DNA from: Thalia democratica
Taxonomy: Eukaryota
DNA length: 64,000 nt
Reading direction: 5' to 3'
NCBI GenBank assembly: GCA_965202585.1
Contig: OZ241829.1
Span: forward strand, 32,178,001 to 32,242,000
Made by a program: the position numbers and the translations under genes. The notes below the pieces were generated by a model. The model made no database searches and was not told where the DNA came from. It was given only the letters and a program-made list of their open reading frames with translations. Of the stretch, positions 22,738 to 35,500 are shown piece after piece (position 1 is the first letter of the stretch; the number at the start of each line of letters is the position of its first letter).

Positions 22738-24399
22738 TCTTCTTAAACTTCTACACTTAATTAAATTCTTAGCTATCTAGACAACCTTGACAGGGGCGGC
22801 TTTTAACTGGTTTCCTGTTTTCTGTGCGACCCCTGAAAAATATGGAAAATATGAAAAAAAAAAGTTATACAATTGTAATTTAATATGGTTTTCTTTGAAA
22901 ATATTTTATTAAAAATTCATATGTTCGTTTGATTTTTGATATCAAGAAAAGTTTAGTTAATATTTTTACAAAACAAGTCAAAAATGACGTAGTTTTATAA
23001 GTTTTTTTGTAGGAAAAATGCTATACAAAAATTTTATAATTACAAAAGTTGCACAGCTTGAAGAACTAGCCAATTAAATATGTTTATATTTATTTTTGAA
23101 TTATTTCACAAATGAAAAGGTTTCATTTTAAACCTTGTGAACTTTTGACATATTGTTTAAATTTTTGAAAAATTTGAAAAACTGTAAATTATTGTTTCTA
23201 ATTTATTAACTTTATAAATTATTTCATTAATTAAAATATTGTTCACGTCTGCTATCAGATTGTTTTCGAAAGTATAGAATATTTTTTATTTTTAGCTAAT
23301 TTTTTTTTTTAACTGTAGCTGCTTAGCTAAGTAATTTATTTACATACCATTGAATATTATTTTTCATTATTAAGACAAGTTGATTACTAAGTTTGGGTAG
23401 TACTTCGTTTTTAGTTTTCATGTATAAAATATTTCACTATACTTTTTAGCTTCACAATGTAATGCAAAATTTTCACACTGTAATTAAAAATAGGATTTAG
23501 GTTCATATATAAATATTTCAACTAAAATTTATATAACTTGATTACATTTAAAAATTTTGCTTTTTGTTTTAATAGGTATTCAAAATGCTTAAAGTAAAAA
23601 AAAAATATGTGTCCGGAACAGTTATGTAGTAAAAAGTTATGTAATTTTTTAAGTTTGTTGTTGAAAGTTGCTACACAGAATACTTTATTATTGTACAAAG
23701 AATTATGCAATCCTACTAAAAAAGTCCAAACAGCCGCTTGAGCTATGCTTTTAAATATTTTTTTACAACATAAACTAAATATTTTCTCTTACAAAAAAGA
23801 AATTTTAGAAATTGATTTGTTTAATATGTTTACAACTTGTGCGTATAAATATTTGTTAACTTCTTTATTATATTTTTTAACTCATGGCTTATTTTTCTGA
23901 TAACTTAAATTGATATTTTTACAAAATTTACAAAACAAAAACTTTCGTAATTTAAATGTGTTTATATTTGAAAATTCAAAAAAGTAATTTCAAAATTGTG
24001 CGTGATTGTACTTTCAAATATTTACAAACTACAAGTTCAAGTTTAATAATTTCTAAAGAATTACTTTTTTATTTATTTACTCCTCACAAATATTTTTTAG
24101 CAAATGTTTAATAATTTTTTGAAACAAATAAAAAAAACGAAGATGTTAAAATAATTTGTCTAAGTACCTTGTTGCAGTTGAAAACCATACACTTAAGTTA
24201 AGTTAAATAAATTTCAAAAAGTCGATAAAAAAAAACTCTAACATTTTTTTAATGTAAAACGTAGAATTTACAGCTGTTAACTAATATTTATAAACAAAAA
24301 TAAAACTTATATAACAAAAGAATTAAAACAGACGACTTTTAAAAACTAAATTCTTTAGAAGAAATAATATTAAAAATTAGACTAAATTGTTTCAAATTT

Positions 24400-25110
24400 T
24401 AGTTTCTATCAGCAGTTACTCTGATCAATTATTAAACAACCTACTTGACATAAAAACTATCGATTAAATTACAATTCTATACAAAAATTTGAAAACCTTA
24501 AAACTTTTTAAGTCGAATAACATAAAAGTTTAATTTCAGATTCAGCTGAAGCTTCAGATTTATTTACAAATGATTGCAGTTTGCTACTTAAAATAAATTC
24601 CTTGACATAAACCAGAAAAAAGCAAAATGTTTTGAAACCTACTTTTACTAATCTGATTTAATTGATATCCAGCTTAGCAGTGAATGCAAAAATATAAAAG
24701 GCACATATTTAATACTAAATTCATGTACAAAAGGCTAAAATATGTCTAGTTTTTATGAAAATAAACTTTAGGTTTTAACTATAATAAGTAACATAAGTTT
24801 TATTTGAACAAGAATGTCATTAAGGCTTGATAGTATGGCTCTTTTTTGAGCACTTTTTTGTTGTTCAATAAACTCTTCAGATTTATTGTTGCAACAATTT
24901 TGAGCATTAGTAAAATAATTCAAATAGACATATTATCAAAGTTTTGTCAAATTGACTTTTTGGCTTTTCATAGGCAAACTTATTTTTAGAGCACATTTTT
25001 AGTGTAGTTCTAAATAAAAATTAGTAATTACCTAGGACAATATTGCACTAGTATCAAACCGAAAATATATTATATTGGATGTCATTTTTAACCATATTCT
25101 TTTGCTTAAC
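24400..25110 (-). pseudogene. Possible highly decayed hAT (Buster-like) transposase relic
   Basis: Broken minus-strand frames give YFRFDT, NNKSEEFIEQQK and FAFTAKLDIN*…FFLVYVKEFILSSKLQ…SEIKLL, loosely resembling Buster/ZBED5 motifs (YLKFGFT, KPLEFFERK, FALQLDESTD…LLVFVRY…). There are many stops, and the match is by eye only. Confidence 0.3.
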
Positions 25111-25818
25111 ATTTGTATTTTATAATTATATAAACAAAATTTAAGTTATTTATCATACACTAATAGAACTTAAATATTTAATCACATTTATTTTACAATA
25201 CAGAGCGATTATATCAATACATTAATATATATATAATAATACCCCCAGAAAACGTTTATTGTTGCAAGGGGTAGAGTTTGAGACTGATGTTTTTTTTTAC
25301 CATATACTGATTACAAATGTAAAATAAATTCTATTGAATAATTTAATTTATCATAACTAAATTAAATCTTACTATGTATCCATAAAGCTTGTTTAAAACA
25401 AAGTATCTTTTTAGATTAAACATATTAGACTTAAAACATTAGTTTTTAGCATATAATTATGGTTAAGAATACATCGAATATAATATACTTTCAGCTTGAT
25501 ATTGGTGCAACATTATCCTAGATAATTACCTTAAACTCCTAACTGTTTATCCTTAGTTTTATGTGCAAGATTCGGCTCAATTTACAGGAGTTTTTCAGTT
25601 ATTTTAAATGATTTTTAGCTTTACTGTCAACATCAAAATGTTACTGATTGTTATTTTAGCTTAGTGTCTCTTAAACTTTTAATAATAGAAAGAAAAATTT
25701 CAAAAATGTGTCATTCAAACTTTTTTTTTTTAATTATTGTGTATGTATTCTATGTAAAGTAATATTAGTGAACCTGCTATAACATTTAACAGGTTGTGTT
25801 ACGCCTATCTTAACAATA

Positions 25819-26401
25819 CAGGGTTGCCACTTTACCTGAAAACCTGAAATTTGACAATTTAGGCAAAAATAACCTGGAATTTGAGAAGTTTTGAAAAAAC
25901 CTGGAATTTTAACAATTTTCACATGTTCAGTAGTAAAATTTTGATAGGACTCATAAAATCTATCATGTAAAAAAAGTTGTTGTCATCAAATTTTTTTTAT
26001 TAAAAAAACTAATTTAAAATAGCTTTACATTATCTTTATGATGTTTTTATAATATTTAACACAGTTTATTACCTTAGACCAGGGGTCGGCAAACTGTGGC
26101 CCGCGGGCCACATTAAAATTTTTATTTAATTAGTTTAATATACAAATATTTTAAAAAACACAAAAATAAAATTTTATTGTTATATTTAAAGGATATTCTA
26201 TTGCCTAAATTTTTCTGTTCAAAAAAATTGTCTTTAAATATGTTTTTCAAAGCACATAAAAAAATGTTCCTTTTTGACCTGCCAACCCCTGCCTTAGACT
26301 TGACTTTTAACTAAAAAAACCCAAAAATGTGTACTTTTAAAAATCTGAAAGAAATTTGGAAAACCTGGAAAAAAATTAAAAAAAAACAAGTGGCAACCCT
26401 G
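25819..26401. mobile_element. CAGGGTTGCCAC-family MITE with a 6-bp TSD (ACAATA), interrupted by a hAT MITE
   Basis: 12-bp TIRs CAGGGTTGCCAC/GTGGCAACCCTG, ACCTGGAA subterminal repeats, ACAATA at 25813-25818 and 26402-26407. Confidence 0.9.
26080..26291. mobile_element. hAT Charlie/Buster-type MITE nested inside the preceding element
   Basis: TIRs CAGGGGTCGGCA/TGCCAACCCCTG and an exact 8-bp TSD CCTTAGAC (nnnTAnnn). Uninterrupted family copies show a single CCTTAAAC at this site (~27032). Confidence 0.9.
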
Positions 26402-26871
26402 ACAATAGTGACATTTTTAATAAGTGTCATTTCAACTAAAATTTTACTTTTTTCAAAAAATCTTTTGTTTCTTTTCTTTTGAACAATATTAACATCAAAA
26501 AATACTTACAAAGGACAATGTCATTTAAAAAATAAAGTAAGTTGTAACTTATTGTCTTTTCAATATTTTTGATAACTTTTTTTGACTCATACTGTTGTTA
26601 ACAACAAATATATTAAGAATTAAATATAGATTTATCAAAAGAGTTAAATGTTATAGTAGGTTGACGAATACTAGCAAATGTAAGATTTAGAACAATAACA
26701 ATAAAATATAATTAAAATTTTAAATGACACATTGTTGAAATGTCAAAATCTTTAATGTAGACAGATCGGCGTAATAAAATGTGTAAAATTTTCTTGAATT
26801 TTTTGTCGAAATTATATACATATGTAGAAATTATAACAAGAACACATTTTTAGATGACTTGAAAAAATTTT

Positions 26872-27130
26872 TAACCTGAAAAAACCTGGAATTTTAACAA
26901 TTTTCACATGTCCTGTAATAAAATGTCGATTATGTTTCATCATCAAAAATATTTTTGTAAAAAAAAACATATAAAAAGTAGCTTAACAGTATTTTTTCAA
27001 TGTTTTTATACTATTTATCACAGTTTCTTACCTTAAACTTAACTTTAAACTAAAAATAGACCCAAAAATGTGTACTTTTAAAAACCTGGAAGAAATTTGG
27101 AATACCTGGAAAATTTTTTAAAAACCCTGC
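26872..27130. mobile_element. 5'-truncated copy of the CAGGGTTGCCAC MITE family
   Basis: Same internal sequence (AAAACCTGGAATTTTAACAATTTTCACATG…ATAGACCCAAAAATGTGTACTTT). Confidence 0.75.
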
Positions 27131-28099
27131 TAAAACCACACAACGCCATGTTTTTTACAAATTGATCTTATTTTATACAGTTAGTTGTTTCTAGGCTGCA
27201 AGATGCTTTTTTATTGTTAAAAAAAAAAAAATTTGAGATATGACCAGTCAAAGTCAGGCCACATAATAGGTTCCCTATGGGAAATACCCTATAGGAAAAA
27301 CTAAAACAGCAAAAAAAGACTACAGTAACCTCTCGTTTAGTTTTACAAGTTTCATTTTAGAATTCTAAAAAATTCAAAAATTAAAATTTTTAGTTTTTTT
27401 AATATTGCACAAATTAGGTTTATTGTATATTTTAATTTTAAAATATTTTTTTAAATGCTATATCACCTCTCTATATCTTTAAACTTAGTAAACTTATGTT
27501 CTTTGACTAATTGATAAACATTTAGTTATACCTCAGTATATCAGAAATTATGTTAACAATAAGAGATTAAATAAAATTCAAAAAGAAATATGACAGTGTT
27601 AAATAATGAAAGTATAATGAAACAATGAAAGTTTTAAACACAAATAAATAATACAGCACTCTTGCCCTATATATGAATAAAGCAACACAAATTTTAATAT
27701 AGACGCCACACCATTTCTCAATTGTAAACCAATGCTTAAATATAAATTGAATTTGCTAAGTAGTATAGAATATAAATGTTAAGTATGAAACAAGTCACAT
27801 TTAAATAAAGATAAAGATAAAATCTACTTATTATAAAAATTAGTAAAATTTTTCTACAAGTGTAGTTACTTTAAATAATTTTAAATCTTTTTTAAAATAT
27901 ATGTAGTTTTATCTTTTGTTTTCATATTTATAAATAAAGTAAACAAATTATTAAAAGTGGGAAAGTCCCCAGTCTGCTTTTAACTAAAAACAATATCAAA
28001 AAACAGCCATTATAGTAAGTACATTTGGTACATCTAGTATCTTTACGATTTCTTGTATCTTTACGCTTTTTTTTCTGTAGACACAATGTGCGTAATTAA

Positions 28100-28575
28100 G
28101 GAAAAGGTTACTGTATTTTATTAAAAATCTATCTCCTCCTACATTTTTATGCAATCTTCTTCAAACTTTTACATCTAATATTTATACAATAACAAAGAAC
28201 GTTACTTTAGGCTTAAAAAAAAACTTTTTTTTAATTTTTTACATAAAAAAATATTTTTTTAAGTTCTTAAAATTAATAAGTAACCTTTTTTTTCTTTAAT
28301 ATAAGGAACATTTCCTGAAAATTTGAAGACCATTGCTTGAAAAATGAAGGAGGAGATAGATTTTTAAAGATTTTTTAATTTTCTGAGAAGTTTGACCCCA
28401 AATAACTTGCGGTCCATACGTTTGTATTGGAAACTTTTTACAAAAAATAAAGTATCTCAAAAGTTAAATGAAATTTTTGAATTCTATAAAAACTGGCTTG
28501 TAGTTTGTACTCAAAGCTTTCATATAAAAGCCAGAGTTAATTTTTGTAAAAAAAGTGTTTTACCCCCCTATGGCC
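28100..28575. mobile_element. Kolobok-like non-autonomous element
   Basis: TTAA|GG…GGCC|TTAA boundaries and an internal inverted repeat TAAAAATCTATCTCCTCC / GGAGGAGATAGATTTTTA. GG termini argue against piggyBac. Confidence 0.55.
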
Positions 28576-29558
28576 TTAAGTAAGGCTTATAATTAACTAT
28601 TTATATAGTCTTTTGTATTTGTGCACTAAAATTTATTTGATGCTTAAACATTTTTTCACCATTTAGTGTTTTCTTTGCTACTTCTATACTGTTGATGCTT
28701 CATTAAAACTTTTAATATGTACACTTTTAATTGCTCTATTTATAAGTGTACACTAAGATAAAAGTAATAGTATTTTATTGATATCTGGCAGGATTGTGCT
28801 TTGAAATGCTGTATTATTTAAGAGAGTATGTGTAAATAAACTTATTATAGTAGTTTTAGTATTTTTATATATCCTGTCATCATCAGTACAGTTCTATATA
28901 TTATTAAACATTTTATTGCTAAGTTTTTCAAATTAATATGTTTTCTAAAATTGTATTAGGAATAATAACTTTTTTACATACTTGGTTTTGTTTTTTAATA
29001 ACAGCTAGTAAAACGTTTGGCCCAGTTGAATAAAAATTTTATAAAAACTTTTCAAAATCACTATTTTATAAGTTATCTTTAATATAAAGATTGAAGATTA
29101 AGCATATCTTTTACTCTCAGAAAAGTAACACACTCTTGGAACTGATCATATATGTACAAGGGGTCACTTTCAACTAAGACACTTTAACAAAAAGAGTGAT
29201 TTTGCACGAAAGTAAAATAAAAGTAAAAAACCAGGAAGGTTTAAGGGTAACAGTAATTGTAAAAAAAAAAATTTCCATTCAAGCAAAATTTTCTTTGAGC
29301 AAAAGTCACCCTTTGTGCATACCTGACATCTACCCCTGCTCACCAATTTTTACTTACCAAACACACTTCAATTTATAGTTTGGTAAGGTATTTTCTTAAC
29401 AATAACTTTAATAAAAATACTAAAATATTGATTAGTAAAAGCTGAAAAGGCATATTATAAGCTAATAGTTCTTTTGTAAACCTGTAATCATAAAGTTACA
29501 GTACTACTACAGAAATAAATATTTTAAGATACATATATCATTCTAAAATAATATTAAA

Positions 29559-32500
29559 ATGGAATACAGATTTATTTTATTCTTTTTGGCATTTTTAGTT
29601 GGTGAGTATTTGATTTTTGTTCCTATACTTTGAGTTTGTACAAAATTTAGTTTTATACAACATTGATTGAAATTTATTCAGTTAATATAAATTCTATTTT
29701 TATTTGCATAAAAGTATTTAGAAAATATGTAAAATAACTTTTATCTGTATACTTTCTTTTTATTACATTGAGAATTTTAAACAACTGTAACCTACTATTA
29801 TAAGTCTATTTTTTTAGGTATAAAATATATGATAAGAAGTATTTTAAAGTATTTTGTTCTATCAAATAAAAACTTGTTAAATTGCTGTTTAGAACTTATC
29901 TTAATTGATATTAATTTAGTCAAATTAATAACAATCTCTGTTAGCTGTAGTTTATTTTTATAATTTGAACAGTTTTTTTATGGTGCATAACTTATTTAAA
30001 AAATATAACAGAATATATTTCCTTTTCTTTAAATTTATTTTAGTACTTTCATAGTAAGGCTCATCAGAAATAGCTTCTTACTAAATTGGAATGAATACAA
30101 ATTGAAATAAAATCATACTGAAGTTTAAAGTTTTAAGATATAAAATGACGTAATAATCAAATGTTAAAAATTAAATAAGTCCTTATGCTAAGTATGTTTG
30201 GTAAACTAATAAAACTTGTTAGAAATAAAACAATCTAAATAAACAAGCAATAAAAATAGAAATTAAAACTATACTGGAAATAAAATTTTACAAGAAACTA
30301 ATTACTTAAAAATAACCAATATAAGCATTTGAAAAGTCTAGTTTGGTATACGAACTTTTTCTGCTTACATAAACTGGGCCTTAAAGATTGAATACATAAG
30401 GCTTCCAGAATATGCAATTGAAAGAATCTTTTGATTTGATTAGAAAAATAGTAAAAATCAACTAGTTGCCTTTAATGTGAAATCTAAAAAAATAGTACTA
30501 AATTCAATAAAAAAATTGTTATCATTTATTGTTTTAATGTATTGTTTTATCATTTTTATTTATGTTAGAGTTTTCTTTAATCAGTTAAGTTATAATAAAC
30601 TTAATATTGAAAACTAATGAAACAAAAATAATAGTGAAACATTACTAACTAAATAAAAATTTAAATAATGTTTATTTAAAGTTTATTCAAAAACTAATGA
30701 TATAAAATTTTAGGTGCTTCAATAGCTGAAAATGTTAAAAATCCTGGTAAGTTGTGCTGATTTGGCTTTATTTTTGTTTGTTCATAGTTTTCCAAGTATA
30801 TGAGTTTAAAGTAGTAACTAGAATAACAGTATAAGTTTGCTTATTTAAATTGTTTAAAGTATAGTATGTGTTTAAAAAGGTACTGTGAGAAATTAAAGTA
30901 TTTAAATCTTTCAAAGAATGTTTTTAATATATATTTAAGTTAATAACTACATTTTGAAAAAAAAAATTGTGTCACATGTGTTTTTTTTTCTTTTTAAATT
31001 AAAACTAACAGCTTAAATAATTGAATAAATTTATAGTGTTTGCTGAAAGTACGGAGTTTATTTCTGGTTTAAGTTAAATTTCTAGGTTCAATTATTTTTT
31101 GTACCACTGCGTTTTTTTCAAAAAGAAGAATTAAAAAATATTATTTTTGTACATGAAAAATGTTATGCTTTTTTGATTTTAAAAAAACTTGATTTAGTCA
31201 AAGTCAAAGATATTAGTGTATAAGCAAAAACAACAAGCTAAGTTTTTTTTTAAGCTATACAAAGTTTTTATTATTAAATTTTGAACACTTTGTTATGTTA
31301 AACGAATTGTCCATCAAAACTTGTGGATATATGTATAAACTTTGTTATACTAATTAATTAAGGAACATAAGTTCCAGAAACTCCACATAAAATCTTGCTA
31401 AGTAACAAAACTACCACAGCAGTTAATATTCCACAAATTAACAAAACAAATGCTTAACCAGAATCAGCTACACAAAATGATACACATGTTGAAACTACCA
31501 CAAATCCAGAAGATAAAACTGCTCCCATTGCATTGAACAAAACATCTACCACAACTCCAGAAGGTACAACAAACACAAGTGTAGTCACTGAAGCAGATTC
31601 TCCAACAGTAGAAAATCACAATACAACTGCTTCCACTGCATCTACCACACCATCAATTGATACTGCCACTGTTTCTACCAATACAAATGCTTCCACTGCA
31701 TTAAACAATACAGCTACCAAACCATCAATTGATACTGATGCTACCATTACAACTGCTTCCACTGCATTGAACAACGCATCTACCACACCATCAATTGATA
31801 CTGCCACTGTTTCTGCCAATACAAATGCTTCCACTGCATTGAGCGATACAGCTACCACACCATCAATTAATACTGATGCTGCTAATACAACTGCTTCAGC
31901 AAACAGTACTGGTGTTAAAGCAACAACACCTAATCCTGTTGATACTGCACAACCTGGTTTGTTCTTTTTATACTTTTCTTAGAGATTAAAAAAACTTATT
32001 GTGTTAATTTTAACAACAGAAAAAGAAGATATTGCATCAACAACTAGTTCTACTCCAGTGACAAATAGTTCTACTCCAGTGACAAATAGTTCTACACCAG
32101 CTAGTCCTACACCAGCTAGTCCTACACCAGCTAGTCCTACACCAGCAAGTCCTACACCAGCCAGTCCTACCCTAGCAACTACCACGGAAGGTAATTTTTT
32201 TTAGAGTTTTACATAAGTTGTTAAAATTTCTATTAATGTATTAACTTTTAAAATATTAATATATATCATTATCATTTTATCTAAAAATTAAAGTCTTTAA
32301 CCAACTTAACCTAAACAGTCAGTAAACTATATTAAAACTGTTTTATTTAAGTACATTAAAAATAGATTACAAAAGTAATTTAAAATACAACCCTACTTTA
32401 AATATTAGAATAGTAAAAGATAAAAATTACCCTGAAGAAAATCTTTATTGTGCTCATTAAAGCTCTTTAAAGTTCATAAAGCAAGGCGTGTTGTAGGCAA

Positions 32501-35500
32501 TTGATAAAAAAATTATTTCTACAGCTTGGGTTCATACACTATTTTTGTCTATATCAGAATTGTCACTAACTCAAACTTTACAAAATCTGAAGTTTATTGG
32601 CTATTTTTGTTTTACTTTTTGAAGTGATTTTATTGTGAAATTTTTTATATGTTTTTGAGAAAAAGTAAAGTTCTAAAAGATATATATTTTTTCCATCTGT
32701 AAAGATCAATTTAAAGATACTTTTTTATTTATAGGATTTTGATGTTTTTTACATGGTTGCCACTTTACCTGGAAACCTTGAAAAACCTGGAATTTGACAA
32801 TATAAGCAAAAAAACCTGGATTTTGAGAAATTTTTAACAATTTTCACATGTTCAGTAGTAAAATTTCGATTTGACTTAAAAAATGTATCATATAAATTAA
32901 AATTTTATCATCATCAAGTTTTTTTTTTAATTTAAAAGCATTTTTAAAGTAGCTTTACAGTATCTTTTCAATGTTTTTATACTATTTAACACATTCTCTT
33001 ACCTTTAACTTAACTCTAAACTATAAATAGATCCAAAAATGTGTACTTTTAAAAACCTAGAAGAAATTTGGAAAACCTGGAAAAGTTTTTGAAAAAACGA
33101 GTGGCAATGGTAGCCATAAGATAATTTTAAACAACCTCTTTATATAAAAAATGCATTATTAAAAGCTAATTTTACCCGAATATTACTTGAAATATTGCAG
33201 GTTAGTTTAACTGCATTCTTACCTTAATTGAAATTAAAACTCAGCATTGTTGTATTGTAATTTAATTAGAAACATGTTTGTGGTAATTGTTTTTTAAATT
33301 TGTATTTAATTTTACATTTTATTGAGTTACTAACAATTATTTAAAGTTCAGTTACTTATAATAGGTACTTTTTACAATTTTTATATCAAACAGGAATTCA
33401 ATTATATATTTGACTATTACAGTAACATTTTCTAATGCGGTAGCTTGACCATATTCTCGTTTAACTATGATTTTGATAAATCTTAAACATAACGTGCATG
33501 TGTTTATATTTGATTATATTTACAATAAGAACATTGTTTGTTTTTTTCAAGTGTAACGACTTAAAAAATACTTATGATCTATAATTCTATTAAAAAAAAA
33601 TACTAGTTGATTCCGTTCATGTTTCAACATTAAACTGTTTGAAGTAATCTTGTACAACACATTTTCGGCAACAAAAAGTTTTTCACATCAACACATGTTG
33701 AGTATTGTATTACCATACGAGAAATCTTCTCGCTCACTTAAGTTCACCGCCTGACATTTTTGTCTCTTCAAAAACGTATAATTTGTAAGAAATGCTGTGT
33801 AGCTGATACGTTTCCTGTTTAACTAGTTTTGTTATCGCGTTCCTTTGGTTAACTGAATTAATTTATGTTTTTTTTTAGTTTTGGAATTTCATTACTACTT
33901 AAGTGAATCATTGATGCATTTAATTTTTATGTAAAATTGAAAAAACCTTTTTGTTTAAAAATTGAATTATTTGTGATTTTTATTCAAATTTGTGGATGAA
34001 ATTTTTTATCAACGGTTGAAATAAAGTTTCTCCGAAAAAAATATTTTTTAATAGTGTTTACTTTGTTTTCAAACGCAAAAGTATAAGAAACTCATTAATT
34101 TAAACATTTATGGTAAAGTCAAATATAGTCAAAATATTTTAATGTTTTATATACCCTCAGTTTTTCTTTAAACTTTTATAACTTACGCAAATAAATTTTT
34201 TGTTTGCATTTTCCAAACAAAAAAAATTGTTTTCTAAAATGTTTGTTACCAAGAGTTTTTTATTTTAATTTACAAACTTTTAAGTTTAAAATCTAAGATC
34301 ATTGTTCATAAAACTAGTAATTAAGAAACTTAAACTGTTGTAAAATAAACTAAATTTTTGTAGATATTATTATTTTTTCATAAAACATATTTACTGGCTA
34401 AATAACATACAAATTTAATTGAAAAAAGAGTATTTGCTAAATGTTTTCAAATTTTCCTCAGTGTTTGAAACATTCCACAAACATTTTACAACTGTTTTTT
34501 AAGATAGTAAGATAACTTTATACCAATATACCTGCTGCTTGATTACTAACTAATTTGGAACGATCACACGAGGCTTGTTTCACAACTTTTGTTACGATTA
34601 AAGTTTTTGTTTTGTACACTAGAATTGTTTTCAAAACCGAGTGCATTTGTACATTTATTCCCTTTAAGTCGAAGTTTTTTTAGTTTGAAAACATTTTTGA
34701 TCTAAAAATTGAATTCACAGGAAACACGGTGAAAGGTCCGGACAGTGTGCCGAACGACGGAGGTAATTTTTCAACTGTTGATATTTCAAACTTACTAATA
34801 TTAACGTCTAATAAAATAAAAAAACATTTATTAACACGAGTTGAGTTTCAATTTGATTTTAGATATTTAGTTTTTATATAACCTGTTGCAACTAAAAATT
34901 TTTTGATATAAATTTTTTTTTAATTTTGAAAACTTCGAAGTTATTTGAAAAATATTTTCAAGTTACATTTATATATTGTAAAGAAATATTTTTCAGAAAT
35001 AAAAAAGAAAGTAAAACATTTTTTTTAATTTTCCCTAAAACTTTGATAAATTAATAAAACTCAGATTATAACTTGAAAAGTATTTTTAAATATAATATAC
35101 TTTATTATTTGATACTAGTTTTTAGTTTAATGATTCCAAAAACAACTATACCGACATTGATCATTAACTTTATATTATTAGACTATGTTTAATGAAAAAT
35201 GTCTTTACAATTATACAGTTTCCCACTGTTAAACTTGTTTTGTACTGTGGTTATTCTTTACTAAATACAAGTAAAAACAACAATACGGGTGTTTCTTTGC
35301 AGACCAAAATTTGCATTGAAGCTTAAGTAGATAATCTGCGTTCGTTTTTGATTTTAAACATAAAATCACTGACACATGAATTTTGCTGAAAGCTTAACAA
35401 GATATGAGCTTCGTTGCATATTTAAATAAAAAACACGTCAAGCAAATCATGAATGCATAAATCATAAGTTATTTTTCAATCATGCTTATTAGTTATATTT

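Larger units (their letters stand above)
25700..26750. mobile_element. Old fold-back element acting as outer host of a nested insertion cluster
   Basis: An imperfect inverted repeat of about 90 bp (AATGTGTCATT…AACCTGCTATAACATTTAAC at ~25705-25790 against its reverse complement at ~26645-26730). Confidence 0.5.

Noticed and set aside
31616-32185. Minus-strand Val/Ala/Gly-rich ORFs (31616-31858, 31979-32185)
   Set aside because: They are antisense mirrors of the mucin Thr/Ser/Pro repeats. The plus frame has splice sites, a signal peptide and a TM.
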